A DNA stretch of 64,000 bases from Candidatus Hodarchaeota archaeon (GCA_048886685.1 JBHLKM010000008.1:107897-171896); one strand, 5' to 3'; positions 20,285 to 32,077 are shown, counted from the first letter of the stretch. Numbers and translations: made by a program. Notes: generated from the sequence alone by a model not told the origin.

Positions 20285-21625
20285 CTATTCTACTGTTTTC
20301 AAATCTAGACCATAACTTTCTGGTATATAGACTAGAACAAGTGGAATTATTGGGAACATAAAGCATGTCAAAACGAGAGCTATGAACTGAATCCCGAATA
20401 TTGGAAACAATGGAGCAGTAAAAACTCCTAGAAGTAACCCTGTTATGCTCATCACTAAAACCAACAGTCCGTTCCCAATCCCTCTTACATCTGTCGGAAT
20501 AACCTCAATCGAAATTATCATCATTAAAGTCCATAATCCTGCTCTTGTTGACATTCCAAGTATTTTCAATATTATCATTACCATAAATCTCGTTTGTTCA
20601 GAGGGAATATGAGCCCCCCAAGTAAATTGTAAAATTACTGAAATAGGATATAAGAAACTATAAACGATTAACAAAACTTTTCTACCAGAGCGATCTGCTA
20701 TTTTTCCTGTGATGATATAAAAAATTATGAGACCGAAAAGTCCGATCATTGAGATCATACTGAATTCTTCAGAACTCATTAAGGAATAATTCATGAAATA
20801 AGGTTCTAATAAATTACCTGAACCAACCGCAATGGTAAATAAAACTGAAATTATTATTAATACAATATAACCTTTCTTTCTCCCTCTCCCAAAAATTACT
20901 TCAATACTCTCCCTAAAAGAATATTTAATCTCGGATTCCTCATTTAATTCTAAATCTCCACCTTTCTTTTTAAACAAATAAGCAGAAGTTTCCTTGATAG
21001 TAAAAATTATCAATAAGGTAGTGAATAAACCAGTTATTACTGAAAAATATAATACGCCTTTCCAGTGAGAAATAGTATATTCTTTATCATTAGTAATAAA
21101 AATTGAACGATTTATGTAAAAAGTTATTGGCCCAATTATCCCTATAAGTAAAATAATCGTTGACCATATCGCATTTTTCCCTTTTGGAGATTCTTCGTTT
21201 ACATAAATCATCCATACATTCACATTTGCCGCTACAGTTAAAAAAAAAGTTGTTATTGTAAAAATAAGAAGAGAAGTCGTTAAAATTTGAATTAATGGCA
21301 TTATTGTTAAAGTTACTCCGGATAAAATCAAAATAGGTTTTCTCCCCACTTTATCGGCAAATTTTTGGATAAAAATAGAGAAAAAACTCCCCAATCCAGC
21401 AATAATCCCAACATAAGAAAGATAAGTCAAGCCGGTTTCGAAATCCAAATTCGGGAAAAAATACCAGACAAGAGCAGTTGTTTTTCCTCCTTCTAGTGTG
21501 TATGCACGAAAGGCTACAAAAAGAGATAAAATCCCTAACAAATAATATAGATAATGCTTTGAACGTGAAGCTTTAGAAGGAATACTAGTGGTTATATCGG
21601 TTTTTGTGGGTTTGTTAGTCGTCAA
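20285..21625 (-). CDS. MFS transporter
   Basis: About 12 hydrophobic segments; ADKVGRK and ADRSGRK MFS loop motifs; PES near the C-terminus. Confidence 0.9.
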   Translation of the reverse strand: MTTNKPTKTDITTSIPSKASRSKHYLYYLLGILSLFVAFRAYTLEGGKTTALVWYFFPNLDFETGLTYLSYVGIIAGLGSFFSIFIQKFADKVGRKPILILSGVTLTIMPLIQILTTSLLIFTITTFFLTVAANVNVWMIYVNEESPKGKNAIWSTIILLIGIIGPITFYINRSIFITNDKEYTISHWKGVLYFSVITGLFTTLLIIFTIKETSAYLFKKKGGDLELNEESEIKYSFRESIEVIFGRGRKKGYIVLIIISVLFTIAVGSGNLLEPYFMNYSLMSSEEFSMISMIGLFGLIIFYIITGKIADRSGRKVLLIVYSFLYPISVILQFTWGAHIPSEQTRFMVMIILKILGMSTRAGLWTLMMIISIEVIPTDVRGIGNGLLVLVMSITGLLLGVFTAPLFPIFGIQFIALVLTCFMFPIIPLVLVYIPESYGLDLKTVE

Positions 21626-21925
21626 AATAATAGAAAAGAGAATTTTTTTGGTTAAAATTTTAAACCTTTAATTGTTTACTTTTTCGCAATTCCAACACTT
21701 ACAGCTCCCTGCTCTAATAAAAATTTTTCAACTTCTTCATTTAGATTAATGCTTTTATCACCAGATTATCCCCGTTAAAAAAGCATTTAATACTAATCAT
21801 TTTTGATTGTAAAAAACTTTTTCATTATTTTATGAAATGTAAACCTTTCTTGGCATTCATGAGATAAAATCATAAACTTAAGATAATATTAAGTTTTTCT
21901 CTAAATATCGTTGCAGGTGATCATT

Positions 21926-22960
21926 ATAAAACCTATTAACAAATTTAAAACTTATAAGTTTGATGCGGCACCCTTCTTCTTTTTTATCGACATTTTTCCT
22001 CCTGACTATCCTTTCGTAGATAAACCAGATTTTGCGAATTTAATCAATTCTATTGGAACAAATCCAATTATGCCCTTACCAATGAGAGTTGATCGAGTAT
22101 TCAATGGTGAAAAATCGGTTTTAATACGACCAAGAGAACCAATTTCTTTTCCAATAACCGAGGATTTTACAGCATTAATTAATCCTTCCCAGTTTCTTAA
22201 ATTCGGTTTTGAAAAATTGTTGTATTATACTGAAATTCGATCTCGTGAGGCATTCTTTGTATCTCTTTCTCAAGAAAGAGTCTCGAAATGGTGGGCTTCT
22301 ACTAAGTATCTTTATGGAAATCTAACTGCTATGGAAGAAGATTTCTCTGCTTTCTTAAGAGCTTATTTACATACAATTATTAAAGCAAAAGTGCTTGAGG
22401 AAGATCTCATAGATGCTGCACTTAATTATTGTCAATTAGTATCAGATCTTTGTAGAAAACGATTAGAACAAAATACAATTCTCGTTGAAGTAGATGGAAA
22501 GCAAGAAAATGTGAAAATGTATAAAGTGAAAGAAGCTACATACTATAGAAAATTAAAAAAGTCTACAGAAACTGAATATCATCCAGAGTTAATAGACATT
22601 GAAATATATGATCTCACAGACTTAGGTTTCTCAAATGAAAAAGATGATCGAGCTAGCCAATTGATTGGATTAAAAAAAAAATTGATAAAATATATCCCGC
22701 TTCTCTTTTATGATGATTTACTTGAATGCATGCTTCAAAATAAAAAAAGGCTCGAAGAAGATAAAAAAGATATTATAGATCCTTCTTTTCTTTTAGATAA
22801 AGGAATTATTGCTACTAAAAACTCAAAAGATCTAGAGGAAATGAACATGGATGATTTCTCATGGTGGAAAAGTTTTGATACTATTAATTTTACCCCAATT
22901 TTGGAATCTATTAGAAAAACTCAACGAGAATTTCTCCTTACCTTTGAATTTGAGAAATAA
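21926..22960 (+). CDS. Hypothetical protein (probable ATA start; ORF track start TTG 21911)
   Basis: Long ORF with natural composition; AGGTGATC SD at 21915-21922 lies inside the TTG-started ORF. Confidence 0.7.
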   Translation: MKPINKFKTYKFDAAPFFFFIDIFPPDYPFVDKPDFANLINSIGTNPIMPLPMRVDRVFNGEKSVLIRPREPISFPITEDFTALINPSQFLKFGFEKLLYYTEIRSREAFFVSLSQERVSKWWASTKYLYGNLTAMEEDFSAFLRAYLHTIIKAKVLEEDLIDAALNYCQLVSDLCRKRLEQNTILVEVDGKQENVKMYKVKEATYYRKLKKSTETEYHPELIDIEIYDLTDLGFSNEKDDRASQLIGLKKKLIKYIPLLFYDDLLECMLQNKKRLEEDKKDIIDPSFLLDKGIIATKNSKDLEEMNMDDFSWWKSFDTINFTPILESIRKTQREFLLTFEFEK

Positions 22961-23137
22961 TTAATTGTAAATCGATCTAAGATTAATCTTAATATCTCTT
23001 TCTACTAATTTAACGTAGTTAATTAAAAACTAACTTTAAAGTTAGTATATATTTAACTCGTTAATAAACAATCTTAAAAGAGATAATAATCTATTTATGT
23101 TTTAAGAATGTATGAGAAGCTTACCACATTTTTGTAA

Positions 23138-24274
23138 ATGTTGTACAAGAAAGAAAGACCAGCAATTTTAATGCTTAAAAGTGGGAAATACTTCGAGGGT
23201 GTAGGATTCGGAGCGATAAAACAAGTTACTGGAGAACTGGTTTTTAATACAATGACAGGTGCTGGTTATAACGAGACTTTAACGGATCCCTCATATCAAG
23301 GTCAAATTGTTACAATGACCCATCCTCTCATAGGAAATTATGGTGTTCCCCCTTGGGAGAAGGATAAATATGGTATTTTAAAACATTTTGAATCAGATTC
23401 CATAAAAGTGTCAGGTTTTATCGTGAATGAATGTTGTAAAAAACCCAGCCATTATGAGAGTATAAAAACTTTAGATGATTTCCTTCGCGAGGAAGATATC
23501 CCTGGAATCGAATGGGTAGATACTAGGGCGATAACAAAACTATTAAGAGAAGAGGGTGTTCAAGTAGGATTACTCTCTGTATTAAACTCAGGAGAAAAAC
23601 CTGATTTTGAACAATTAAAAGAGGATGTTATAAAAGCAGAAGATCCTAATCTACGACATTTAGCAAGTGAAGTTTCAACAAAAGAAGTAAAAATTTATAG
23701 TCAACCTAACCCGATCGGAAAAGTTGTTGTCTTAGATATGGGAGTAAAATTGAATATCTTACGAAATTTTGCAGAAAGAAGATTAGAAATTATAGTTGTC
23801 CCATATGATTATTCCTATGATCAAATTATGGATTTTCAGCCAAATGGAGTTTTTATATCAAATGGTCCAGGAGACCCTGCATTGTATAAGGGCGCTATTA
23901 ATGTTTGTAAGAAATTAATAGAAAATAATATCCCAACATTTGGAATTTGTTTAGGAAATCAAATTATAGGATTAGCTGCAGGAGGATCATCTTATAAACT
24001 GAAATACGGGCATAGAGGGGGGAACAAGACAGTTATAAATACTGAGACAAACCACTGTTATATTACTTCTCAAAATCATGGTTTTTGTGTAAAAGATTTT
24101 GAAATTGGCGGTTTTAGGGAGTTTTTAAAAAATATTGATGATAAATCCAACGAAGGATTAGTTCATGAACATAAACCTATTTTTGCTGTACAATTCCACC
24201 CTGAAGCTTGTCCTGGCCCCCTAGACTCTTTATATCTATTTGATAAATTTATGGAAGTAATGGAGCTAAAATAA
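23138..24274 (+). CDS. carA: Carbamoyl-phosphate synthase small subunit
   Basis: GELVFNT, TDPSY, SNGPGDP, GICLG, SQNHGF, QFHPEA. Confidence 0.97.
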   Translation: MLYKKERPAILMLKSGKYFEGVGFGAIKQVTGELVFNTMTGAGYNETLTDPSYQGQIVTMTHPLIGNYGVPPWEKDKYGILKHFESDSIKVSGFIVNECCKKPSHYESIKTLDDFLREEDIPGIEWVDTRAITKLLREEGVQVGLLSVLNSGEKPDFEQLKEDVIKAEDPNLRHLASEVSTKEVKIYSQPNPIGKVVVLDMGVKLNILRNFAERRLEIIVVPYDYSYDQIMDFQPNGVFISNGPGDPALYKGAINVCKKLIENNIPTFGICLGNQIIGLAAGGSSYKLKYGHRGGNKTVINTETNHCYITSQNHGFCVKDFEIGGFREFLKNIDDKSNEGLVHEHKPIFAVQFHPEACPGPLDSLYLFDKFMEVMELK

Positions 24275-24275
24275 A

Positions 24276-27200
24276 ATGCCATTAGATAAGAGTATAAAAA
24301 AAGCATTGGTGCTTGGATCTGGTGGTATTCGAATTGGGCAGGCAGGTGAATTCGATTATAGCGGGTCGCAAGTTCTGAAAGCTTTACAGGAAGAAGGAAT
24401 AGAGACGATTTTGATTAACCCTAATATAGCAACAATCCAGACTGATCCTCAAATGTCGGATCGCGTCTATTTATTACCTCTAAATATTAAATATGTAGAA
24501 GAAGTCATTAAAAAGGAGATGCCTGATGGTTTATTATTATCTTTTGGTGGTCAAACAGCATTAAATGTCGGAGTTGAATTAAGTGAAGAAGGTATATTAG
24601 ATAAATATAAATTAAGAGTATTAGGAACGCCAATAGAAGCTATTGAAGCAACAGAAGACCGAGATCTATTTGTTAAAGCAATGGAGCGATCTAATGTTAA
24701 AGTATGTAAAAGCCAAGCGGTAAACTCATATTCAGAAGCGTTAAAGGCTGTTGAAGAAATTGGATTTCCTTGCATGATTCGAGTAGCATATACTTTAGGT
24801 GGAAGAGGATCTGGTATTGTTAATAATATGAAAGAATTCGAAAGAATGGCTAAGAAAGCTTTAGCTCAATCAAGGATTAATCAAATTCTTATTGAAGAGA
24901 GTATATGGGGCTGGAAGGAAATTGAATACGAAGTTGTAAGAGATTCTGAAGATAACTGTTTTATTAATTGTAACATGGAGAACTTTGATCCAGTGGGACT
25001 CCACACAGGTGAATCTTTTGTTGTAAGCCCTAGTCAAACACTTACCAATGAAGAATACCAGATGCTTCGTTCTGCATCAATTAGAGTTATTCGAAATCTT
25101 GGCATTATTGGGGAGTGTAATATTCAATATGGGTTAGATCCATTTTCAAAAGAATTTCGAGCAATAGAGGTAAATGCTAGACTTTCAAGATCGTCAGCAT
25201 TAGCCTCAAAAGCGACGGGGTATCCTTTAGCATATATAGCAGCAAAACTAGCAATAGGCTATACCTTACCCGAATTAAAAAACAAAATTACTGGAATTAC
25301 CACCGCATGTTTTGAACCCGCATTAGATTATCTAGTGTTAAAGATTCCAAGATGGGATCTCACTAAATTTAAAAAAGTTGACCGAAGATTAGGTTCCCAA
25401 ATGAAAAGTGTGGGAGAAGTAATGGCAATTGGTAGAACATTTGAAGAAGTGCTTCAGAAAGCTATTCGGATGTTAGACATTGGTATGAAAGGATTTGTAG
25501 CCAATGATTTAGAACCCATTGATGACATCAATGAATTAAAGTATGCTTTAAGAAATCCGACCGACTTAAGAGTGTTCAGAATTGCTGAAGCAATTAAAAG
25601 AGGAATTTCTATCGATGAAATTTATCGCCTATCAAGAGTAGATACATGGTTTCTTCATAAATTAGAAAATATAATTGATATTGAACGTAATTTAAAAAAT
25701 CTGGACTTACTAGAGACCTCAGATAATGAAAAAAATTACTGGCTAGAAAGGGCAAAAAGGTATGGCTATTCTGATGGACAAATTGCCAAAATAATGGGAG
25801 TAGATACAATATTTATAAGACAATTGAGAAGAAAATTAGGAATTCATCCTTTTGTTAAAAGGATTGACACTTTAGCTGCCGAGTGGCCAGCAGTAACAAA
25901 TTATTTATATCTCACGTATAATGCATCCGAACATGATATAGATTTTGAACAGGAAAATAAATCAAATCTTAGAAAAGTAATTGTTCTAGGCTCAGGTACT
26001 TATCGTATTGGAGCATCTGTCGAGTTCGATTGGGGATCTGTTAATTGCTTATGGGGTTTAAAAAAATTAGGCATTGATCAAGCAATTATGATTAATTATA
26101 ACCCTGAAACGGTATCTACTGATTACGATATATCTGATAAATTATACTTCGAAGAAATCTCTGGTGAAAGAGTACTTGATATTTGTGAACTGGAAAAAGC
26201 AACTGGTATAGTAGTATCTGCTGGAGGTCAGATAGCAAATAATTTAGCTGCAAAAATCACAAAATATTCTGAATTCTTTAGAAAAACTAATTTGAAGATC
26301 CTTGGTACCCATGGTACAAGAATAGATATGGCAGAAGATAGAAGTAAGTTTAGCGCGTTATTGGACCAGTTGAATATAAAACAACCAGATTGGAATGCAT
26401 TAATAGAGAAAGATGAGGCAATAAAATTTGCCAAAGAAGTTGGTTATCCTGTGTTAGTTAGGCCATCTTATGTGTTAAGTGGAGCTGCTATGAGAGTGTG
26501 TTATGATGAAAAAACGCTCAGGGACACTCTTGATCTTGCTGCTTCTGTTTCAAGAGAATATCCGGTTGTAATTACTAAATTTTTCATCAATGCAAGGGAG
26601 ATTGAATGTGATGGAATTTGCGATGGAGATAATGTACTAATCGGCGCCATAGTAGAGCATATAGAAAATGCTGGAATTCATTCGGGAGACGCTACTATGT
26701 CCATTGGTTTTTATACTATTTCAGACGAAGTTATTAAGGAAATTGAGGGTAATACCAAAAAGATTGCACTTGCATTAAAAATCCAAGGACCTTTTAATGT
26801 TCAATATATGATTAAGAACGGAGATGTTTATGTAATTGAGTGTAATTTACGTAGTTCAAGATCTATGCCATATGTCTCGAAAACTCGAGGGATTAACTTA
26901 ATGAGATTAGCAGCAGAGGTAATAATGGGCAACGAAATTCCTAAAAGACTCCTAAATCTACCTTATGGAAACTATGTTGGAATTAAAGCCCCAATGTTTT
27001 CTTTTCTAAGATTAGATAAAGCCGATTTTCGACTTGGGGTTGAAATGGCATCTACAGGGGAGATTGGAATAATAGGAGACGATTTTCAAGATGCGTTAAT
27101 AAAAGCTTTAGAAGCTACTGAAATGCGTATCCCTGTGGAGGGCGGGAATGTATTAATTTCAGTAGGTGGAGAAGAACTAAAGAAACAAATAATTCCTCTT

Positions 27201-27587
27201 GCCAAAAAATTAAAGAGTTTAGGCTTTACAATATTTGCTACAGAAGATACGGCATTGGCATTAAAAAACAGTGGAATTTATGCTGTAAAACTCTACAAAA
27301 TTCAAGAGGCTGGGATGGAACCAAATATTATGGGTTGTCTTCAAAATGGAGCAATTGACTTAGTAATTAATATTCCTCTACCAACTACAGTAGAGGAAAA
27401 ATTTGCCAAAATAATAGAGGATGAATACAAAATTAGAAGGATGGCGGTCGATTATAATATTCCAGTGATAATAAATTTACAACTTGCAAGAGCAGTTGTA
27501 GATGCGATAGGAAATGTTCGGAAAAAAAAAGTTGAGATAAAGTCTCTTAACGAGTATCATCAGAATTTAAAAGAAGTTTATTGGTAA
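24276..27587 (+). CDS. carB: Carbamoyl-phosphate synthase large subunit
   Basis: GQAGEFDYSG, NPNIATIQTD, two ATP-grasp halves, C-terminal MGS domain; 1-nt gap after carA. Confidence 0.97.
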   Translation: MPLDKSIKKALVLGSGGIRIGQAGEFDYSGSQVLKALQEEGIETILINPNIATIQTDPQMSDRVYLLPLNIKYVEEVIKKEMPDGLLLSFGGQTALNVGVELSEEGILDKYKLRVLGTPIEAIEATEDRDLFVKAMERSNVKVCKSQAVNSYSEALKAVEEIGFPCMIRVAYTLGGRGSGIVNNMKEFERMAKKALAQSRINQILIEESIWGWKEIEYEVVRDSEDNCFINCNMENFDPVGLHTGESFVVSPSQTLTNEEYQMLRSASIRVIRNLGIIGECNIQYGLDPFSKEFRAIEVNARLSRSSALASKATGYPLAYIAAKLAIGYTLPELKNKITGITTACFEPALDYLVLKIPRWDLTKFKKVDRRLGSQMKSVGEVMAIGRTFEEVLQKAIRMLDIGMKGFVANDLEPIDDINELKYALRNPTDLRVFRIAEAIKRGISIDEIYRLSRVDTWFLHKLENIIDIERNLKNLDLLETSDNEKNYWLERAKRYGYSDGQIAKIMGVDTIFIRQLRRKLGIHPFVKRIDTLAAEWPAVTNYLYLTYNASEHDIDFEQENKSNLRKVIVLGSGTYRIGASVEFDWGSVNCLWGLKKLGIDQAIMINYNPETVSTDYDISDKLYFEEISGERVLDICELEKATGIVVSAGGQIANNLAAKITKYSEFFRKTNLKILGTHGTRIDMAEDRSKFSALLDQLNIKQPDWNALIEKDEAIKFAKEVGYPVLVRPSYVLSGAAMRVCYDEKTLRDTLDLAASVSREYPVVITKFFINAREIECDGICDGDNVLIGAIVEHIENAGIHSGDATMSIGFYTISDEVIKEIEGNTKKIALALKIQGPFNVQYMIKNGDVYVIECNLRSSRSMPYVSKTRGINLMRLAAEVIMGNEIPKRLLNLPYGNYVGIKAPMFSFLRLDKADFRLGVEMASTGEIGIIGDDFQDALIKALEATEMRIPVEGGNVLISVGGEELKKQIIPLAKKLKSLGFTIFATEDTALALKNSGIYAVKLYKIQEAGMEPNIMGCLQNGAIDLVINIPLPTTVEEKFAKIIEDEYKIRRMAVDYNIPVIINLQLARAVVDAIGNVRKKKVEIKSLNEYHQNLKEVYW

Positions 27588-27795
27588 TTCTTCTTTTTTC
27601 TGTGCTATCTTTTATTAATGAAACTATTAATGACAGTAAGAAATTTAGTGATACTAAAGGGTTTAAGTTCTTAGCTATAGTTGTTCTTAGTATAATATTT
27701 AAAAGTTAATTAATAGAAATCTTGAAAAATCTTGAAAATATATCACAATTTATTATTTATTTAATATCTGAAGATTTAACTTAGGTGTCAATTAG

Positions 27796-28080
27796 ATTTA
27801 TTTTCGTGGTTACATTTTAATTCGATTGAAAATCATCGGGACTCAATGGAAAGTTGCAGAAAAACTAAAAGGTCTAAAACCTAAAAACTCAAAAGAAGAT
27901 TGGGAAATAACATACGCTACACCTATTTATGGGGGATGGGATTTAATGGTTGAGTGTAGCTTTAACGATTTGGATGACTTAGAAAAAATTGTTACTTTTT
28001 GTCGAACTGATGAGGAATTATCTGAATGGATAGAAGCAACTACAACCCTAATTAGTACAAAGAGGAATTATCCCCCTTAA
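27796..28080 (+). CDS. Stand-alone Lrp/AsnC ligand-binding (RAM) domain protein (probable ATT start)
   Basis: YFRGYILIRL beta1 strand upstream of the TTG; IYGGWDLMVE, ATTTLI; SD AGGTG at 27783-27787. Confidence 0.7.
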   Translation: MYFRGYILIRLKIIGTQWKVAEKLKGLKPKNSKEDWEITYATPIYGGWDLMVECSFNDLDDLEKIVTFCRTDEELSEWIEATTTLISTKRNYPP

Positions 28081-28207
28081 ACGGGTATACTATAGTTTGA
28101 GATATTTTAAATTCTTACTCTGAAAGGTAAAACTCTATTAATCATCAAATATTTCAAATAAAATAATTTAGATACATTTTTTCTGTTAAATAAGACAATT
28201 AATAAGG

Positions 28208-30058
28208 ATGAAGAAACGTAAAAGCAATACGATTCAAAAACGTATTGTTGAGTTCTCTCCGGAAGGTTCGGATCCGTTTGAAAAAGCCCGTCATAAAGGT
28301 TCACGGAGTTGGATTTATTCACATTTATTTTATAAATCCAATAAGTACCTAATTATAATCGTATTATTTACAACAATTTTAACGTCCAATTTATGGTCTA
28401 TAACTTCTATTCTTATTGGTAATGCCATTACAGATTTCTTCTTAGGGAAGACTGATTCGTTATTATATTATACTGTTTTTATTTTATTGTTAAACGTTGG
28501 TTCTCCATTTTTGAGGATGTTAAGCTTCGCACTAAGAGAAGTCTTAGCTCATAGAATGGAAAGAGATTGTAGAAGAGAATTTTATTCTAATCTTTTAGGG
28601 AAGAGTCAATCTTTCCATGAACAGCAGCAAATTGGGACACTTATGGCATTAGCAACCAATGACGTTCGTATGCTTAATTTTCTTATCAGTCCTGCGATTT
28701 CTTTAATATTCGAATCTTTCACAGCTTTGGTAATTCCTTTAATATATGTTATAATTTTTTATCCAGTTCAATTAATATTAGCTCCCTCTGTTTTTGCAGT
28801 ATTATTTATAATTTCTTTAAGGTCTTATGTTAACAAAATAGCTCCAATATCTTGGAAACTGAGAGGTTTCTTTGGTAGCATGAATACTACTTTAAATGAG
28901 ACTCTTACTGGCATTGAGGTTGTTAAAGCTACTGTTCAAGAGGCAGGTGAATTAGAAAAATATGTTTTAAATGCAAGTGGATATCGAGATGCTTTTATTG
29001 AACAAGGTCATGTTCAAGCAAGGTATCTCCCTTTTTTAATATTAGCTTTAACTATTACTTTTGGTCTAACTCATGCAATTATTCTACATTTAACACTTGG
29101 GGAGCTTATATTCCCGATCGGTTTTATTGTCGGTTATATGGCATTATTAGGGCAATTAGGTTTTCCAACACAAATTTCTATATTTGTGTTTGCCATTGTT
29201 CGGGTAGCAATTACGAGTGCTCAAAGGCTCCTTAATACAATGAATTTAGAAACTGAGATTGATGAAAATATTTCAGGAATTTCAAAACCATTAAAAGGGG
29301 GAATAACGTTTGAAAATGTCTCTTTCTCTTATCCCGGAAGTGATAAACCTGTACTTAATAATATTAATTTACAGGTGAGGCCGGGACAGACAGTAGCTAT
29401 TGTAGGTACAACAGGTTCAGGAAAAACAACCCTTACTAAATTGATATCTCGTCTATATGATGTTGATAAAGGTAAAATTTTAGTTGATAATGTTGATATT
29501 CGTGATTATGCTCTAAAATCATTGAGGAGTCAAATATCTTATATAGAACAAGATGTTTTTTTGTTTTCAGATTCAGTGTTTAACAACATCTCATTTGGAA
29601 GAACATCATCAGAAGAAGAAATAATAAAAGTTGCAAAAGAAGCGCAAGCTCATGAATTTATCTGTGAATTACCTGATCAATACGAATCTGAAGTTGGAGA
29701 AAGAGGAGTTCAATTAAGTGGTGGAGAACGACAAAGAATAGCGATAGCTCGAGCTTTTCTGTCTGATCCAAGAATTCTGATCTTAGATGATTCAACGTCC
29801 TCAATAGATTCGAATACAGAAGATAAAATACAAAGAGCAATTCGGAATATCCTCAAAGATAGAACCACACTTCTTATAACTCATAGACTTTCACAAATTA
29901 GATGGGCTGACCTAATAGTTGTCTTAAAAAAAGGAGAGATAGCAGCAATGGGAACACATGATGAACTTTTATCTACTTCGGAAGAATATAGAAAGATTTT
30001 CGTTAAAAAGTTTGATATCGATATAGAAAAACTTATAATACAAGATACGGGTACTTGA
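28208..30058 (+). CDS. ABC exporter, fused TMD-NBD, heterodimer subunit A (degenerate Walker B)
   Basis: GTTGSGKT, LSGGERQ, ILDDST, ITHR. Confidence 0.93.
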   Translation: MKKRKSNTIQKRIVEFSPEGSDPFEKARHKGSRSWIYSHLFYKSNKYLIIIVLFTTILTSNLWSITSILIGNAITDFFLGKTDSLLYYTVFILLLNVGSPFLRMLSFALREVLAHRMERDCRREFYSNLLGKSQSFHEQQQIGTLMALATNDVRMLNFLISPAISLIFESFTALVIPLIYVIIFYPVQLILAPSVFAVLFIISLRSYVNKIAPISWKLRGFFGSMNTTLNETLTGIEVVKATVQEAGELEKYVLNASGYRDAFIEQGHVQARYLPFLILALTITFGLTHAIILHLTLGELIFPIGFIVGYMALLGQLGFPTQISIFVFAIVRVAITSAQRLLNTMNLETEIDENISGISKPLKGGITFENVSFSYPGSDKPVLNNINLQVRPGQTVAIVGTTGSGKTTLTKLISRLYDVDKGKILVDNVDIRDYALKSLRSQISYIEQDVFLFSDSVFNNISFGRTSSEEEIIKVAKEAQAHEFICELPDQYESEVGERGVQLSGGERQRIAIARAFLSDPRILILDDSTSSIDSNTEDKIQRAIRNILKDRTTLLITHRLSQIRWADLIVVLKKGEIAAMGTHDELLSTSEEYRKIFVKKFDIDIEKLIIQDTGT

Positions 30059-30061
30059 AAA

Positions 30062-31876
30062 ATGTGGGTTGGATTAGAAAGCGAAGAATATGATAGAATT
30101 TACAAGGATAGAGTTTTGGTAAAAAGGATTATTCAATACTTTAGCCCCTATAAAAAATCTATGTCTTTTGTAGTTTTTCTTTTAACTCTTTCTTCATTAT
30201 TTAGTTCTTTGGTCCCAATTCTAACTACTATGGTATTAAATAATTTAGAGACCCATAAAGATATTATTTATCTTGTATTCATAATATCATTGACGTTTGG
30301 TCTAAATATATTTGGATGGGTTTTTAATTATTTTAGGCGTCGTAAAATTTCTAAAATCATTGGAGATGTTGTATTAGATTTAAGAAGGGATGCCGGTGAA
30401 GCTGTTTTAAATCATGATTTATCTTTTTTTGATAGAAATCCAATTGGTAAAATTGTGAGTCGTATTAATACAGATTCCAGAGATTTAGGTCAAGTTGTTG
30501 AGCTCTCTTTAGATCTTGTATCCTCCTTTTTTATCGTAGCCATTATATTAGTAGCTATGGCATTTATGAATCTTACTTTATTTTTCATCACATTAATTAC
30601 ATTTCCTTTATTTTTTATTCTAGCACTTTCTTATCGTAAAGTTGCCAGGAAAAGAGCTTTATTGGGACAACGAGCTCTCGCTTCTGTTAATGCATATATT
30701 AAAGAGAGTTTCTCGGGAATTCAGATTGCTAAAACTTTCCGACAGGAACAAAAATTATATGAGACTTTTAATGATGTAAATGATACATCTTACAAGGTTA
30801 ATCTCAAAAGAGGATTTACTTTTAGTATAGTATGGCCTGCTTTAAGCATGGTTCAAGGAATAGTATTATCTTTAATTGTATTTCTCGGAGGAGCCAAAGT
30901 ATTAGATGGGTCTTTAAGTGTAGGTGATTTAAATTTGTTTTTGTCAGGATTAAACTTTCTCTTCTTTCCCCTGATATCTATTGCTTCCTTTTGGCCAGTA
31001 TTTCAGACAGGTATGGCAGCATCAGAGCGTATTTTTGCTTTAATAGATACAATCCCGTTAGTTATTCAAAATGATTATATAAAACCACCAAAACTAAGAG
31101 GTGAAATTATATTTAAGGATATCACCTTTAGATATGAAGCATCAAAGGAAGTTTTCCAGAATTTCAATTTAAAAATTAAACCTGGAGAATCAATAGCCAT
31201 TGTTGGTCATACAGGTGCAGGAAAGTCAAGTCTTGCGAAACTAATAGCCAGATTTTATGAATTTCAGGAGGGAGATATTTTGGTTGACGCACAAAGCATA
31301 AGAAATTACGATTTAAAAGAATATAGAAGACAAATTGGAATAATACCACAAACTCCTTTTCTATGGGCTGATTCTCTTGAAAATAACATCAAGTACTGCT
31401 GTAAAAATGCTACAGATGAAGCTGTCTTTAATGCTCTTGATGATTCTAGTGGATTTGATTGGATTGAAGATCTGCCATATGGCTTAAAAACTTATACAGG
31501 TGAACGAGGGAGTCTTCTCTCAATGGGACAGCGTCAATTAGTTGTTTTTGCCCGGGTTTTATTGGAAAATCCCTCAATTCTAATATTAGATGAAGCAACG
31601 GCATCTGTCGATCCTTTTACTGAAACAAGAATTCAAGATGCTTTTCAAAAAACAATTGAAGGACGTACCTCGATAATTATCGCTCATAGACTCACCACAG
31701 TAAAACATGTTGATAGGATAATCGTTATGGATCATGGAAAAATTGTCGAAGAAGGTAATCATGAGGAGCTAATGGCTAAGGGAGGAACTTATGCTGAGCT
31801 TTACAACACTTATTTCAGGCATCAGAGTCTTGAATATATCGAAAAGATGAGAGAAATTGTGGAAAATAAGACTTAA
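30062..31876 (+). CDS. ABC exporter, fused TMD-NBD, heterodimer subunit B (degenerate signature)
   Basis: GHTGAGKS, LSMGQRQ, ILDEAT, IAHR. Confidence 0.93.
   Translation: MWVGLESEEYDRIYKDRVLVKRIIQYFSPYKKSMSFVVFLLTLSSLFSSLVPILTTMVLNNLETHKDIIYLVFIISLTFGLNIFGWVFNYFRRRKISKIIGDVVLDLRRDAGEAVLNHDLSFFDRNPIGKIVSRINTDSRDLGQVVELSLDLVSSFFIVAIILVAMAFMNLTLFFITLITFPLFFILALSYRKVARKRALLGQRALASVNAYIKESFSGIQIAKTFRQEQKLYETFNDVNDTSYKVNLKRGFTFSIVWPALSMVQGIVLSLIVFLGGAKVLDGSLSVGDLNLFLSGLNFLFFPLISIASFWPVFQTGMAASERIFALIDTIPLVIQNDYIKPPKLRGEIIFKDITFRYEASKEVFQNFNLKIKPGESIAIVGHTGAGKSSLAKLIARFYEFQEGDILVDAQSIRNYDLKEYRRQIGIIPQTPFLWADSLENNIKYCCKNATDEAVFNALDDSSGFDWIEDLPYGLKTYTGERGSLLSMGQRQLVVFARVLLENPSILILDEATASVDPFTETRIQDAFQKTIEGRTSIIIAHRLTTVKHVDRIIVMDHGKIVEEGNHEELMAKGGTYAELYNTYFRHQSLEYIEKMREIVENKT
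31772..31876 (+). repeat. 105-bp direct repeat, copy 1 (3' end of ABC exporter subunit B)
   Basis: 94/105 nt identical to 33233..33337, ungapped. Confidence 0.95.
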
Positions 31877-32077
31877 TACCTGTCATTTTAAATATCATAT
31901 AGAATATTATTCACTTACACTTACCTATTTTAACTCTAATAATAACTCCATATTCATTTCATTTCTTCATAAAGATACCCTTTAATAGACCTATGGGCAG
32001 TTACATATTCAATAAAACACATTTATATTTCTCTATTTTTATTATTAGTGTAATTCTTGAATTTTATTTTGACAACA

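Noticed and set aside
28208-31876. Degenerate ABC motifs (ILDDST, LSMGQ)
   Set aside because: Normal asymmetry of heterodimeric ABC exporters.
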